Shown: positions 33,712 to 44,363 of the stretch, piece by piece
How positions within the stretch are numbered: position 1 is the first letter of the stretch
How the letters are laid out: every line of letters begins with the position of its first letter
From: Ostreococcus lucimarinus
Lineage: Eukaryota
Direction: 5' to 3' (one strand)
DNA: 64,000 nucleotides
Assembly (NCBI GenBank): GCA_000092065.1
Contig: CP000584.1
Notes under the pieces: model-generated
What the model was told of the DNA's origin: nothing
Seen by the model: only the letters and a program-made list of their open reading frames with translations
Databases searched by the model: none
Made by a program: the position numbers and the translations under genes

Positions 33712-36078
33712 CTATCGCGCGCCCGCGTACTCGTCGTCATCGTTGTCGTCGTCGTCGATATAATCGTCGTCGTCATCGTCGTCGTCGATGAATTTGTCGC
33801 GAATGCGCATCGAGCCGCCGCGCAAATCTGAAGACACTTCGTCGACGGGCTCTCGCGCGTCGTCGTCGTCGTCGTCGTCATCGTCGTCGTCGTCGTCGCC
33901 GTCCAAGTCTTCGTTCGCGAGAGGTAGGACATCATCAGAGAAGAGCTCATCTTCGTCATCATCGTAATCATCGGTGTCAGCGTCACTCACCAACCGAGCC
34001 TCCAAGCGCTTCGTGTACTCGATATTCGTGCCGGCGTCGTCTACGCCCGCTTCGAGCATGTCAATTTCGTACTGCGTGAGATCTCGCTTTCCCCCCGCGG
34101 TTGCCCTGTTGATCATCTCTTCGATCTCTTTCTTACTGAGTTTTTTATCTTCGTCGTCGTCTTTGAATCGCGGCACAACCTTGCGTCCGGCGTCGAGGCA
34201 CGCCTCCTCCCACGTTTCCCCGGCGTACACGTTGATGGGCGAGCCAAACGGATGCGGGTGGCGACCGAGCATCAGCAATAAGTCTTGCCTCGTGGGCATG
34301 ACTTCCAATGGGTACCTAAACCTCCACCATTTGCTTCGAGTATCGGTGACTTTGACTTCAAGCTCGGTGCCGACAGTGATGTGGTCGCGCATGGTCATCC
34401 AATCCGTCTCGTTGATTGGCAGCAACGCGTCGATTTCGGTGCCGCAGTCCACTAAAGCGCCGTGATATAAATCCATCGCGACGACCTTACCCTTCAACAC
34501 TTGATCAAGTTCAATCGTGTGGTGCATCTGTCGCGATACATCTCCAAAGTGTCTCGTGGGATCTCGGTCAACCGAGTCCACGTCCGTTTCTCGCGCTTCG
34601 GCCAAATGTCTCGTGTTCAGCGCGCGTTCGCGCATCCACGTGTTTTGTCCGCTCTCTATTTCTTCGTTTTGTACGCCGACGTAGGAAAGCGATGCGCCAT
34701 CGAACGCGCTCACGGCTTCATGCTGCGGCAGCGCGTCCCAGCCACCGTCACTCAACCATTCATCGTCGTCAAAGTCGTCCTCTGCGTCGTGACGCGATAC
34801 GAGTCGCCAATTTCCGTCGCCTTGCGCTCGTCTGGGATTGATTAAGAATGGAGCCTCTGGCGAGCCATCTTGATGAATTCGGTTGAGTTGAGATTCATCC
34901 AAGCCTTCATCTTCCTCATCTTTCTTGTCTTGGGCGGTCTCCATGCGTTCTTGCGCCTCTTCCTCTTCGAGCGCTTCGTCGAGGCGCTCCATCGCGAGCG
35001 TCAGCGGCTCCTCGTCCATATCCATCTCGCTCATTAAATCCCCTTCATCGTAGAAGATGTCTTCCTCGATGAAGTGCGTCGCGCTTCTTTCCGCGAAATC
35101 TTCCGCGACGAGCTCATCGATCTTGCTCTGTTTCCTCGCGCAATCGACTTCGTATCGCGCTTGCTCGGCGACGGTCATGTTGTTAAACTCTTCGCAACGC
35201 TCGTCGTACCACGCCACGATGTGTTCCTCGTCGACATCCGTGCGTTCGCTCAACTCGGCGATCTCTTTTCGCGTCGGTGGGTACGTTTGCATGTTTTTCA
35301 CTCGCAGCCACCAGTTAAGTTGACAGACATAAAGCGCCCGCCCCCGCAAAGCGCCCGCCTCGTCGGTGAAGTGTCGCGACGCCGACTTTGGCACCTCGCG
35401 CTTGATGTTTTCGTCACCCAATTCCTTCTTTTCGCGTGCGATGTGATCGATGACCCCGAAATCGTCGTCATCATCATCGTCGTCGTCGTAATCGTCGTAA
35501 TCGAGCAACAAATCGTCGTCGTCGTCGTCGTCAAACAACGACGCGACTTCGTCCGCGTCCCGGACGAACCCCGCCCCCGCGTCGTCGTCGTCGTACATCG
35601 ACCTCGCGAACCCTCCCGCGAGGACGTCCTCCTCCTCGTCCTCCTCCTCATCCTCATCCTCGTCATCGTCGTCCGCATCGCGCGCGTCCTCGTCTTCGTC
35701 GTAAAATCCCTCCGACCCGTCCTCCTCGTCCTCCGCGTCGTCGTCGTCGCCCGCGTCGTCGCCGCGCGTCGCCGCCGTCGTCACCTCCCGCGCCTCTCGC
35801 CCGCGCCTCGTCGTCCTCGCGCCGACGCGCATCGCGCGCGCGCGCATCACCGGCGTCTCCATCGTCGTCGCGCGCTCGCGCGCCATCGCGCCGCCGTCGT
35901 CGCGCGTCGCGCGCGCGTCCGCCGCCGCCGCCGCGAACCCGTCCCGTCGCGAATCCATCGCGTCGCGTCGCGTCGTCGCGCGTCGTCGTCGCGCCGGCGC
36001 GCGCCCAGACGCCGCGCGGGCATCGCGCCGCGCCGTCGCGACGCGCGCGGGCGCGCGCGCCGTCGCGCGCGCGCGCAT
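33712..36078 (-). CDS. S1 RNA-binding-domain protein with long Asp/Glu tracts and a transit-peptide-like N-terminus (pTAC10-like?)
   Basis: S1 fold sequence: LKGKVVAMDLYHGALVDCGTEIDALLPINETDWMTMRDHITVGTELEVKVTD. The track start is GTG; the first ATG is 36078 (MRARATARAP). The pTAC10 comparison is from memory only. Confidence 0.6.
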   Translation of the reverse strand: MRARATARAPARVATARRDARAASGRAPARRRRATTRRDAMDSRRDGFAAAAADARATRDDGGAMARERATTMETPVMRARAMRVGARTTRRGREAREVTTAATRGDDAGDDDDAEDEEDGSEGFYDEDEDARDADDDDEDEDEEEDEEEDVLAGGFARSMYDDDDAGAGFVRDADEVASLFDDDDDDDLLLDYDDYDDDDDDDDDFGVIDHIAREKKELGDENIKREVPKSASRHFTDEAGALRGRALYVCQLNWWLRVKNMQTYPPTRKEIAELSERTDVDEEHIVAWYDERCEEFNNMTVAEQARYEVDCARKQSKIDELVAEDFAERSATHFIEEDIFYDEGDLMSEMDMDEEPLTLAMERLDEALEEEEAQERMETAQDKKDEEDEGLDESQLNRIHQDGSPEAPFLINPRRAQGDGNWRLVSRHDAEDDFDDDEWLSDGGWDALPQHEAVSAFDGASLSYVGVQNEEIESGQNTWMRERALNTRHLAEARETDVDSVDRDPTRHFGDVSRQMHHTIELDQVLKGKVVAMDLYHGALVDCGTEIDALLPINETDWMTMRDHITVGTELEVKVTDTRSKWWRFRYPLEVMPTRQDLLLMLGRHPHPFGSPINVYAGETWEEACLDAGRKVVPRFKDDDEDKKLSKKEIEEMINRATAGGKRDLTQYEIDMLEAGVDDAGTNIEYTKRLEARLVSDADTDDYDDDEDELFSDDVLPLANEDLDGDDDDDDDDDDDDDAREPVDEVSSDLRGGSMRIRDKFIDDDDDDDDYIDDDDNDDDEYAGAR
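33859..33897 (-). repeat. (GTC)n / (GAC)n trinucleotide run encoding 13 consecutive Asp
   Basis: Thirteen triplets (12 GTC plus 1 ATC on the plus strand). Similar runs lie at 33740..33790 and 35461..35535. Confidence 0.9.
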
Positions 36079-36260
36079 GCCGACGCGTCGCGGTGTGACG
36101 CCGCCGCGGTTAGGGTTCGGCGTCCACACGTTTATCGCGACGGGTCGTTATTTTTACATCGTCCAAACGTGCGCTCGAATGCGGCGCGAGACGCCGACCG
36201 GGGAATGGCGATCGGCGCGGATTCGCGCGCGCCGCACACGCGCGCGCGTCCGAGATCGAC

Positions 36261-37109
36261 ATGCGCGCGACGCCGATCGCGAGAATCATCGCGCCCGCGC
36301 GCTCGCGATCGAGCGCGACGCGCGCGAGCGGTCGAGGACGGCGCGGAACGACGCGAATCGTCGCGAAGGCGTCGAATTCGAGTCGCGGGATCGATCCGGG
36401 CGTCGTCGCGCCCACGCTCGAGCACCGAGGCGACGAGTGCGAGGTCGCGGATGATGTATTGCGCGTCGTCGTGTCGAACGACGACGCGAGCGCGCGCGCG
36501 AGGGGGCGGAGCGCGATCAAGCTGCGGGTGAAGTCGATCCCGGGGCTGCTGCGAAGCGTCGCGTGGGTGCTGCACGGATTGGATCTCGCGGCGCACGAGT
36601 GCGCGATCGCGACGGACGCGAACGGGGTCGTGGAGATGGCGTTTGAGTGCACCGAGCGCGCGGGGTCGAGCGGGACGCGAGAGCAGCAGATCGTGGATTG
36701 CGACTTGACGCGGGACAGGCTGTACGATTACCTGGCGCGGTGCGCGGACGGAGGGGCGGAGACGAACGAGGAGCGATTGGAGGAGGACGGGGTCGTCGTG
36801 GATAACACGAGAAACGAGGATTCGACGTACGTGAGCGTGCGAGTGGACGAGGCGGTGTCGAGCGCGATCTCGCTGTATCCGATCGGGAACACGTTCACGG
36901 GGAGCGGGTTGGTGGTTAAAAACGGGACGCTCAACAAGGGCGTGGACGCGTCCACGGGACGGGCCACGAAGACGTGGGAATTCGACGTCGTCAGGCAAGC
37001 GGATCGTAAGAAGTTAAATACCGATCAGTTGCAGCCGCTCATGTACACGCTCGCGCTCGTGTGCGCGCCGGGAAGCTTTGGACGATCGCACGCGTTTACG
37101 TCGCGGTGA
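36261..37109 (+). CDS. ACT-domain repeat protein (ACR11/12-like), transit-peptide-like N-terminus
   Basis: Two ACT-like beta-alpha-beta-beta-alpha-beta segments (IKLRVKSIPGLLRSVAWVLHGLDLAAHECAIATDANGVVEMAFECTE and YVSVRVDEAVSSAISLYPIGNTF..). The size and layout resemble small plastid ACR proteins. The family call is tentative. Confidence 0.45.
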   Translation: MRATPIARIIAPARSRSSATRASGRGRRGTTRIVAKASNSSRGIDPGVVAPTLEHRGDECEVADDVLRVVVSNDDASARARGRSAIKLRVKSIPGLLRSVAWVLHGLDLAAHECAIATDANGVVEMAFECTERAGSSGTREQQIVDCDLTRDRLYDYLARCADGGAETNEERLEEDGVVVDNTRNEDSTYVSVRVDEAVSSAISLYPIGNTFTGSGLVVKNGTLNKGVDASTGRATKTWEFDVVRQADRKKLNTDQLQPLMYTLALVCAPGSFGRSHAFTSR

Positions 37110-37177
37110 AGAAATTTTCGAGCGAGCGCCGTGAATATTAATATGACTGCTATGTATCGTCGCATCCGTCGCGTCCC

Positions 37178-38399
37178 TCACATCGAGTTCAGCGCCGCGC
37201 CTAAAGGCCACGCCGCCTCCACGGGCTTGCCTTGGTATTCGATCTGCTTGACGAGCGTGAAATCCCGCCATCCGTGTCTGCCGAAGCCGACGTTGAGCAA
37301 GGCGTAGGCAAACGTGAGGTCCATGCAAAGAAACGGGGCGTCCTTCGGCTCGACGCCGTGATACTTGGTCGTGACTTCCGCTACGCTGACACCGCACGCC
37401 TTCTCCGCGGCCGCCTTAAAGTCGTTCACGGCGGCGCGTCCATCGATTTCGTCGTCGGTGACGATGCCGACGTTCACCGCGCGATCCCACAAATAACTCG
37501 ACATGTACACGCGCTTGCTTCCCGCCCCCGGTTCGCCGCCCCACGCACCGTCAAAGGAGCACTGCTTCGGTCGTTCGCACTCTTTGTCCACGCCGAGCGC
37601 GGCCACGGCGACGTCGTAACACGACGCGTGATCGCTCCCAGAATCGCGCGCCGACGCTTTGTACGTTTTCCCGGCGTATTCGTACACGCCGTCGTATCCC
37701 GCGTGCACGCACGGTGATCCACCTCGCTCTTCCGCTTGCGCCAAAACCGCCGCGCGCGCGGCCATCAAACCGTGCCCGAGGTGCGAACGCGTGTACACGT
37801 CGAACGAGTGCCCGAGAGCTTTCAGTTTTGTAATGTACCCATCCGGCGCGTTCGCGACGCTCTCCGGAGGCACTTGGTACGCCAATTGCACCGATCCACC
37901 GCCTAAATCCACGGCCGCCACCGTCTGCACGTCGCCGTCGTGATCGGCACCTCCGTTCGCGAGATTGCCGAGCAAGTAATTCATCGTCAACCACTGATAC
38001 GCGCCCTCGTCCGCGCCGTCCATGATGGAGACGCTCTCGTCGTCAAACTTGAACGGATACTCCTTGAGCAACTTTTTACACTCCGCGAGAATATCGCTCG
38101 ACGCGTCCCCCGGAAGCAAACGCAAGCCCGCGGTCGCGCGCAACTCCACGCTCGTCTCCGCGCGATCCGCCGCCGGCACGGCGTTCATCGCCGTCGTCAT
38201 CAACGTTCGCAAGCTCTCCGCCGCCGCCTTCGGATCGCTCGCGCGCGCGCTCAGCCCCGGCTTCACCGCCTCGAAGTGATCGTCCAACAGCTTCAACCCT
38301 CGCCCCGCGCGCTCGAACGCGAACACGTGCGCGCGACTCCCCGTGCTCCCCGCGTCGAGCACCACCGCGTACCGCCGCGTCGCCTCCGCCGCGTCCTCC

Positions 38400-38431
<32 letters not shown>

Positions 38432-38722
38432 CCCCTTCCTCTCGCGCAGCACCCTATCGTAATCCACCGCGCGCGCCCTCGCGCGCCCGAGCCCCTCGTC
38501 CCCGTCTCTCGCCATCGCCAGCGCGCTCGCCGCGCCCGCGTCGCCGCCGAACCGTCTCGCGCCCCGTCCCTCTCGCCCCCCCCTTCCCCGCGTCGACCCA
38601 TTCGCGTTCTCCCCGAACGCGCTCAGCGCCAGCAGCACCGTCACCGGCACCGCCACCAGCGCCAACGACGCTCGACCGCGACTCGCGCGCGCGTCCCGTC
38701 CCGTCCCCCGTCGCGTCGCCAT
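37178..38722 (-). CDS. GDA1/CD39-family nucleoside phosphatase (apyrase / NTPDase) with an N-terminal signal anchor
   Basis: Apyrase conserved regions in order: YAVVLDAGSTGSRAHVF, LRATAGLRLL, DGADEGAYQWLTMNYLLG, VAAVDLGGGSVQLAY. Confidence 0.9.
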
Positions 38723-38922
38723 CGCGTCGCGATGACTCTATGAGCCCGATCGATCGTCCGTCGCGTCGCGAACGGCGAACGGCCCCGTCGACGCGCGCGC
38801 GCCCGATCGACCGCGACCGCGCGCGCGTCGTCCTCGCGCGTCGCGCGCCGCGTCGCGCGCGCGGCGTCGCGCGGTGCCGATCGATCGTCGATCGCGCGCG
38901 CGCCGCGACGCGCGGACGCGGC

Positions 38923-38942
38923 GACCGACCGACCGACCGACC
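38923..38942. repeat. (GACC)5 = (ACCG)n microsatellite in the apyrase/coiled-coil divergent spacer
   Basis: Direct reading: gaccgaccgaccgaccgacc. Confidence 0.8.
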
Positions 38943-39169
38943 GGGCGTCCGAGTATCGCACTGTTTACCCACACGAACGCGAATATCGAAAAAATCGCCA
39001 TCGATCCTTAAATACATGGACTTACACGCACACACAATGCGCGTCGACTCGCGATCGCGCGGCATAAAAACACCGCGCGCGCGCGACCGATCGACCGACC
39101 GACGCGACGACGATTCGATCGGATCGAATGCATCGAATGCGTCGGCGCTGTGCGACGCGCGCGTCGACG

Positions 39170-40757
39170 ATGGAGACGGAGATGGAGCAACCGCTGGCGA
39201 ACCTGGCGCGCGCGCAGGACGAGCTGCGGAACGCGCTGAGCGCGAACCTCGGGGAGCTGCGGAGCGCGCACGACGGCGTCGCGGCGGCGGCGGCGAACGC
39301 GCTCAGGGAGCGCCGGCGCGAGCGCGAGGAGAGTCGAACGGCGCTCGAGCGAGAGGCGAGCGAGCGCGCGCGGTTGGAGACGAAGCTGACGCAGTGCGAG
39401 ACGGCGCTGCGGGAGACGAAGGCGGCGCTGGGAGAGGCGCGGAGCGAGGCGAAGGAGGTGCGCGAGAACGACGGCGAGGCGAGGCGAGACGCGATTCGAA
39501 CGCGGACGAGACGCCGACGAGTCTGGAGAAGCGGCGAGGGACGGGGGGGGGGGTAGGATGTGGGATTTCATGGTTTGGGACGGTTTGGGACGGTTCGGGA
39601 CGGGGCGCGGAGGAAGGCGCGCGCGCGGAGGAAGGCGAGGGGGGGGGCGACGCGATCGCGGCGCGAGGGAGAGAAGGAGCGACTGACGAACGACGCGGCG
39701 CGCGACGAATCGATAGGCGAACCAACAATCCGCGCAAGAAATCCGAGATTTGACGCAAAAGCTTCAGTTGACGCTCGAAGAGAAGAAGAAGAACGAAGAC
39801 GCGCTGAAACAACACGGGCAAGAGCTCAAGCAGCAGCTGATCATCATGCAAACCAAGCTCGAACGGGCGGGGGAGATGGACAAGGTGAAGGAGGAGCAGT
39901 TCGCGCAACAAGAAAACCGGCATAAAGATACGGTTGAGGAGTTCAAGAAGGCTCAAACCGAGCTCAAGCTGCAGCTCCAGGACGCGCTGGCGAAGATTGA
40001 AGCCGAGCACAAGGGGATGAAGGTGCAAGAAGCCGAGGTGCTGAAGCAACGCGACGTCATCAACCGTCTCGAGGCGAAGAATGCGAGCTTGATCGCCGAG
40101 CTCGACAACACGCGCGCGCAGTGCGTGCAATGGCAACGCGAGACCGACATGGCGAAGGCTGAGATGCAACAAGCGCGAAGCGAAGCTGAAGCCGCCAAGG
40201 AGGAGCGCATGAAGGAGGAAAAGCATCGAGGCATCGCCGAGAACGAAACCGCGGACTCGCGCCGAAAGGCGGCCGAGGCCACGGCGCTCGCCGCGGACGA
40301 GAAGCAAACCAGAAAGCTCGCCGACCAAGCGTTGGAAGCTAAGCAGAACGAATTAAAGGATCTCAAGCACAAGGCGCAAATGATGGAGAAGGATTACAAG
40401 GAAATGCTCACCGATGAAAAGCAGGCTCGGGCGCAACTGGAAGAAAACTACGAGACCTTGAAGCAAGATTCGGTGAACTTGTACAACGCGTACACGAGCT
40501 CGAACCAGCAAATCGAAGAGTACCGCATCGCGCTCGAGCGCGAAGCGCAAGAAGCGGCTGCTCTGCACGCCGCGCTCGCCAAGCAAAAGGAGGACGCCGC
40601 TCGAGACGCCGTGCGCTCTCGAAGCACGCGCGTCATCGCCCCTCCCGCTGGCTTCTTGGGCGGTTCATCTCCGTCTCCTAAGCAAGACGGACGCCGCGGT
40701 GGCGCCCGCATCGGCGAAATGGACGATATCCGATCGCCGCCATCCTTCGCAGACTAG
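39170..40757 (+). CDS. Coiled-coil protein, join(39170..39457,39717..40757), 442 aa
   Basis: Track ORFs 39128..39556 and 39750..40757 are both heptad-rich (E/K/Q/A/L) and join in phase 0. ATG 39170 has the best context (A at -3, G at +4); 39128 is an alternative. No family recognised. Confidence 0.6.
39458..39716 (+). other. Spliceosomal intron (coiled-coil gene, 259 nt)
   Basis: GTGCGC donor, ACTGAC at 39682..39687, TAG acceptor at 39714..39716. It contains G-runs and a ggtttgggacggtttgggacggttcgggacgg repeat. Confidence 0.65.
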
Positions 40758-41148
40758 CGTTTCGACGCCGTTTCGCTCGCGAGCGTGAATATGAGCAGAC
40801 GCGCGCAGCAGTGTTTTATATCATGAAAGCATCTATTTCAGCGCGCTCGCCCACCATCGTCGTCGTCATCGCTTTCTCGCGCCCTTTTTTCGCTCGATAC
40901 ATCAAAACGCATCGATCGTTCGCCGCGACCGCGTCCGTCGCCTCGCCGCGTTTGAACAGAGGCGCGCTCGCCGCGACAACCGTCCTCAAACCACGCCGCA
41001 CGACGTCCGCGCGCGCGTCGTCGCCGCACCGCGTCATCGCGCGAACGACGCTCAACGCGCTGAACGCGATCGAACGCCGCGCACGGCGTCGCTCGACGTG
41101 CGCACGACGCAAACGTCGTCGAATCAGAGATCAACCAGAACGGACGTC

Positions 41149-44100
41149 ATGACGCCGTCGTCGAACGACGGTCGCGCGAGCGACGAAACGCGCGAAGCGC
41201 CGTCGTCGAACGCGAAAACTATGTGGCGCAAGGTGGCGACGCCGGTGCGGAGCGCGACGAAGATAGCGTCGGCGCTGGTGGGTGGATTCTTTTGGCAGGG
41301 CGAGGACGAGGGCGACGGCTTCGAGGGCGGGGCGAAGGAGAATCGAACGATGGACGTCGGACGAGCGATGGACGAGGAACAGAGCGTGAGAACGCGTGGA
41401 AACGGTGCGGGAGGAGCGAGAGCGGGTACGACGACGACGACGGGGCGGATCGGGGAGGTCGGCGGCGCGACGAGGACGACGCGGTTCGCGAACGAGGCGG
41501 CGGCGGCGGAGACGGCGAGCGATTCGCCGACGCCGTTCACGGAGATCAGGGAGTTCTTGCGCCGAGGACAGATGGATAGAGAGCGAATGGCGCGATCGAG
41601 CGCTGGCGGGGCGTATGGCGAGATTAGTGCGGCGGTGAAGCCGCCGTCGCCGTTTGAGCGCGCGCCGGCGTTTGACGCACACGCGACTCCGGCTCGGGAG
41701 CGTCCGATGGTGGCGCAGATGGCCACGCCCGGAACGACGGGTGTGGGCGCGAGTTCTCCGGGATACGCGTCCGTGCGTCGATCGTACGGCGCGTCGGGGA
41801 CGCCATCGCTTCTCGGTACGCGCGGTCGCACGGCGATAAAACCGACGATTCTGGAACCGCCAATGGAGCAGACGCCAACGCCGCCTCGCGCGAGCTTGAA
41901 GCGTGATCGTGAGCTGACTATCATGGATCTTGAGCGTGAGCGAGCGCGCGTGACGACGCCTCGACGATTGGAGTCCGCCGCGCACAGCCCTGGTCCGGGA
42001 GCGCTGGCGCGAGAGTCTGCGAGTCCGGCGTACCACACTCCCTCCGCCAAGCCAGTGACGAGCGCGGTGACGACGGATACAGCGAAACGTATATTGCAAA
42101 CTTTGGATCGCTTGGCAGGTGCGCGAACGGCGACACCTATGGGTGTCGCAGCGGCGAGACCTTCGTTGTTTGCGACTAGACCCACGCAACCTGTGCAAGC
42201 GCCGTCGCCCGTCGGCGCCGCGTTTGACAAGCAAGTCACGCCGACATCGGCTACCTTTGTTGCGACTCCCAAATCGGGCGTTTCTTTTGCGACTTCGCCG
42301 ATGCCCTTCATCAGTGCATCCTCGTCTGGTCGCGCGCCGACGACGCCGTACCCGACGAGTGCCGAGCCTGAGATTGAGACGCCAAACTTCAAGTTCGGCG
42401 AAGATAGCACCTTGCTCGCCACCGGTAAGAAACCAAAAGCGCCGTCCGGGCCTGTGGCTTCTGTTCCGATAAAGTTCACGTTCGGAGAAGGTCAAACAAC
42501 TCCGTTGTTTACGAAGAAATCCGTCGCCGCGGCGCCAGTGAAAACAACGACGACGGTGCCACCGCCGCCGGCGCAACCGACGGCGGTCACGCAAAAGTCG
42601 GAGGAAGCGCCCGCTGCGAGTAAACCTGTCATGAATCTCTGGAGTGCGGATTTCTTGGCGAAGAATCAAGAGCATCAAAAGAAAGTGCAAGCGGCGATCG
42701 AAGAAGAAGAGAAAGCTGCGAGCAAGCCGCCTGCACCGTCGCCGTTTGCGCCGTCTGCCCCTGCCGGGGACAAGCCGGCGTTCTCGTTCGGTATTCACGC
42801 TGCGAGCAGCGCGCCCGCCCCTAGCACTGATGCGTCCGGGTTTACTTTCGGTTCCACCGCGCCCGCGGCGCCGACCTCGGCGCCGGCCTCGGCGCCAGCG
42901 TTTTCTTTTGGATCCACGGCACCGGTGAAACCAGCGGAAACCACCGAAGTGAAGAAACCGGCGGGAGAGTCTGGTTTACTCGCGTTTTTGGGCGCGTCTT
43001 CGAGCGAAGCTAAAACAGCAAGTGAACCTGCGACTGCGCCCACGTTCACATTTGGCGCGCCACCCAAGTCGCCTGATAATGTGCCCGTGAAAGTACCCGA
43101 TCCTGCGCCCGCGTTTTCCTTCGGCGGCGAAACCAAAGCGCCAGAAAGTTCGAAACCGGCGAGCGCACCGTTTACGTTCGGCACGGCGACACCCGCCGCA
43201 GCCGCGGCGCCGGCGCTGTTTACGTTCGGGGCGAAACCGGTAGAGAAGGCGGCCGAACCAGAGAAGGAAAAATCACAGCTTTCGGCGTCCGCGCCCGCTT
43301 TTTCGTTTGCCGCGGGGTCGAAGAAGGAAGATGAACCGAAAGCGGCGGAGACTGCCAAGCCGTTCACCTTTGGCGCCGCACCGGCGCTGGACGCAACGAA
43401 GCCCGCGGGGGACGCGTTATTTAGCTTTGGGGGTGCTTCGGCGGAGAAGAAAGAAGAACAGCCGAAACCAGCGAGCGGCGGATTTAGCTTTGGGGCCACG
43501 GCGGCGCCCGCGTTCGGAGCTGCATCATCGGCGGTAAAGGAGGACGCCAAGCCCGTGAGCGCGCCGTTTGTGTTTGGCGGTGCGTCAACCACGCCCGCTT
43601 CGAGCGGCGGATTCACCTTTGGTGCCTCTGCGCCGCCAGCCGCACCGGCGAGCGGTGGTGGCTTCACGTTTGGTGCCGCTTCGAGCACTACCGCGGCTTC
43701 GACACCATTCGGCGGCGGTTTAAGCGTGAACACTGGTAAACCCGCGGCGAGCGTCTTCGGTCAACCGCCGAAACCGGACGAGCAACCAAATACCCCTGAA
43801 CCGATGAGTCCGTTCGAATCTAGCAAGTCGCCTCTAGGTGCCGCATCAACTGGTAGTTCCCTGTTCGGTGGTGCGTCCACGAATAGTTTTGCCGCCCCTC
43901 CGGCGAGCAGCGCGCCGTCGACGAATCCGTTTGGCGGCGGCGGCGCGAATCCGTTCGCCGGCGCGTCGGCAGGCGTGACGAACCCATTCGGTGGTGCAAG
44001 CTCAACGCCCGCGTTCGGCGGCGCTGCTGCCCCATTCGGTGGTGCGTCGGCGAGTGCCAACCCTTTCGGCGGCGTTGCCGCGCCCGCACCCGCGGTTCCA

Positions 44101-44226
44101 GCGCCGAATCCGTTCGGCGCCAACCCCGCGCCCGCTGGCGGCTTCTCCCTGGGCGCCGGCGACGAGTCCTCGCAGGGCGGAAGAAAGCCACCGCGCAAGT
44201 TCAAGCGCCCGCCGCCGCGCCGATAA
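41149..44226 (+). CDS. FG-repeat nucleoporin (FxFG type; Nup1/Nup153/NUP136-like)
   Basis: About 15 F(T/S/V)FG repeats are followed by about 10 (N)PFG(G) repeats, with a basic tail GGRKPPRKFKRPPPRR. The track start is GTG; the first ATG is 41149. Confidence 0.8.
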   Translation: MTPSSNDGRASDETREAPSSNAKTMWRKVATPVRSATKIASALVGGFFWQGEDEGDGFEGGAKENRTMDVGRAMDEEQSVRTRGNGAGGARAGTTTTTGRIGEVGGATRTTRFANEAAAAETASDSPTPFTEIREFLRRGQMDRERMARSSAGGAYGEISAAVKPPSPFERAPAFDAHATPARERPMVAQMATPGTTGVGASSPGYASVRRSYGASGTPSLLGTRGRTAIKPTILEPPMEQTPTPPRASLKRDRELTIMDLERERARVTTPRRLESAAHSPGPGALARESASPAYHTPSAKPVTSAVTTDTAKRILQTLDRLAGARTATPMGVAAARPSLFATRPTQPVQAPSPVGAAFDKQVTPTSATFVATPKSGVSFATSPMPFISASSSGRAPTTPYPTSAEPEIETPNFKFGEDSTLLATGKKPKAPSGPVASVPIKFTFGEGQTTPLFTKKSVAAAPVKTTTTVPPPPAQPTAVTQKSEEAPAASKPVMNLWSADFLAKNQEHQKKVQAAIEEEEKAASKPPAPSPFAPSAPAGDKPAFSFGIHAASSAPAPSTDASGFTFGSTAPAAPTSAPASAPAFSFGSTAPVKPAETTEVKKPAGESGLLAFLGASSSEAKTASEPATAPTFTFGAPPKSPDNVPVKVPDPAPAFSFGGETKAPESSKPASAPFTFGTATPAAAAAPALFTFGAKPVEKAAEPEKEKSQLSASAPAFSFAAGSKKEDEPKAAETAKPFTFGAAPALDATKPAGDALFSFGGASAEKKEEQPKPASGGFSFGATAAPAFGAASSAVKEDAKPVSAPFVFGGASTTPASSGGFTFGASAPPAAPASGGGFTFGAASSTTAASTPFGGGLSVNTGKPAASVFGQPPKPDEQPNTPEPMSPFESSKSPLGAASTGSSLFGGASTNSFAAPPASSAPSTNPFGGGGANPFAGASAGVTNPFGGASSTPAFGGAAAPFGGASASANPFGGVAAPAPAVPAPNPFGANPAPAGGFSLGAGDESSQGGRKPPRKFKRPPPRR
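42475..44125 (+). repeat. FG-repeat low-complexity coding region
   Basis: KFTFGEG, AFSFGIH, GFTFGST, AFSFGST, TFTFGAP, AFSFGGE, PFTFGTA, LFTFGAK, AFSFAAG, PFTFGAA, LFSFGGA, GFSFGAT, PFVFGGA, GFTFGAS, GFTFGAA, then NPFGG-type repeats. Confidence 0.85.
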
Positions 44227-44363
44227 TCCCAACCAGCAAAATCACAGTTACTCGTATGAGTGTTGAAACGAAACGAACGAAAATGATTAGATTCAATCAA
44301 ACGCCGTCGCAACGCGTCGTCCCGCTCGCTTTCGCGCGCGAGAGAGCGAGGGACCGGCACTTC

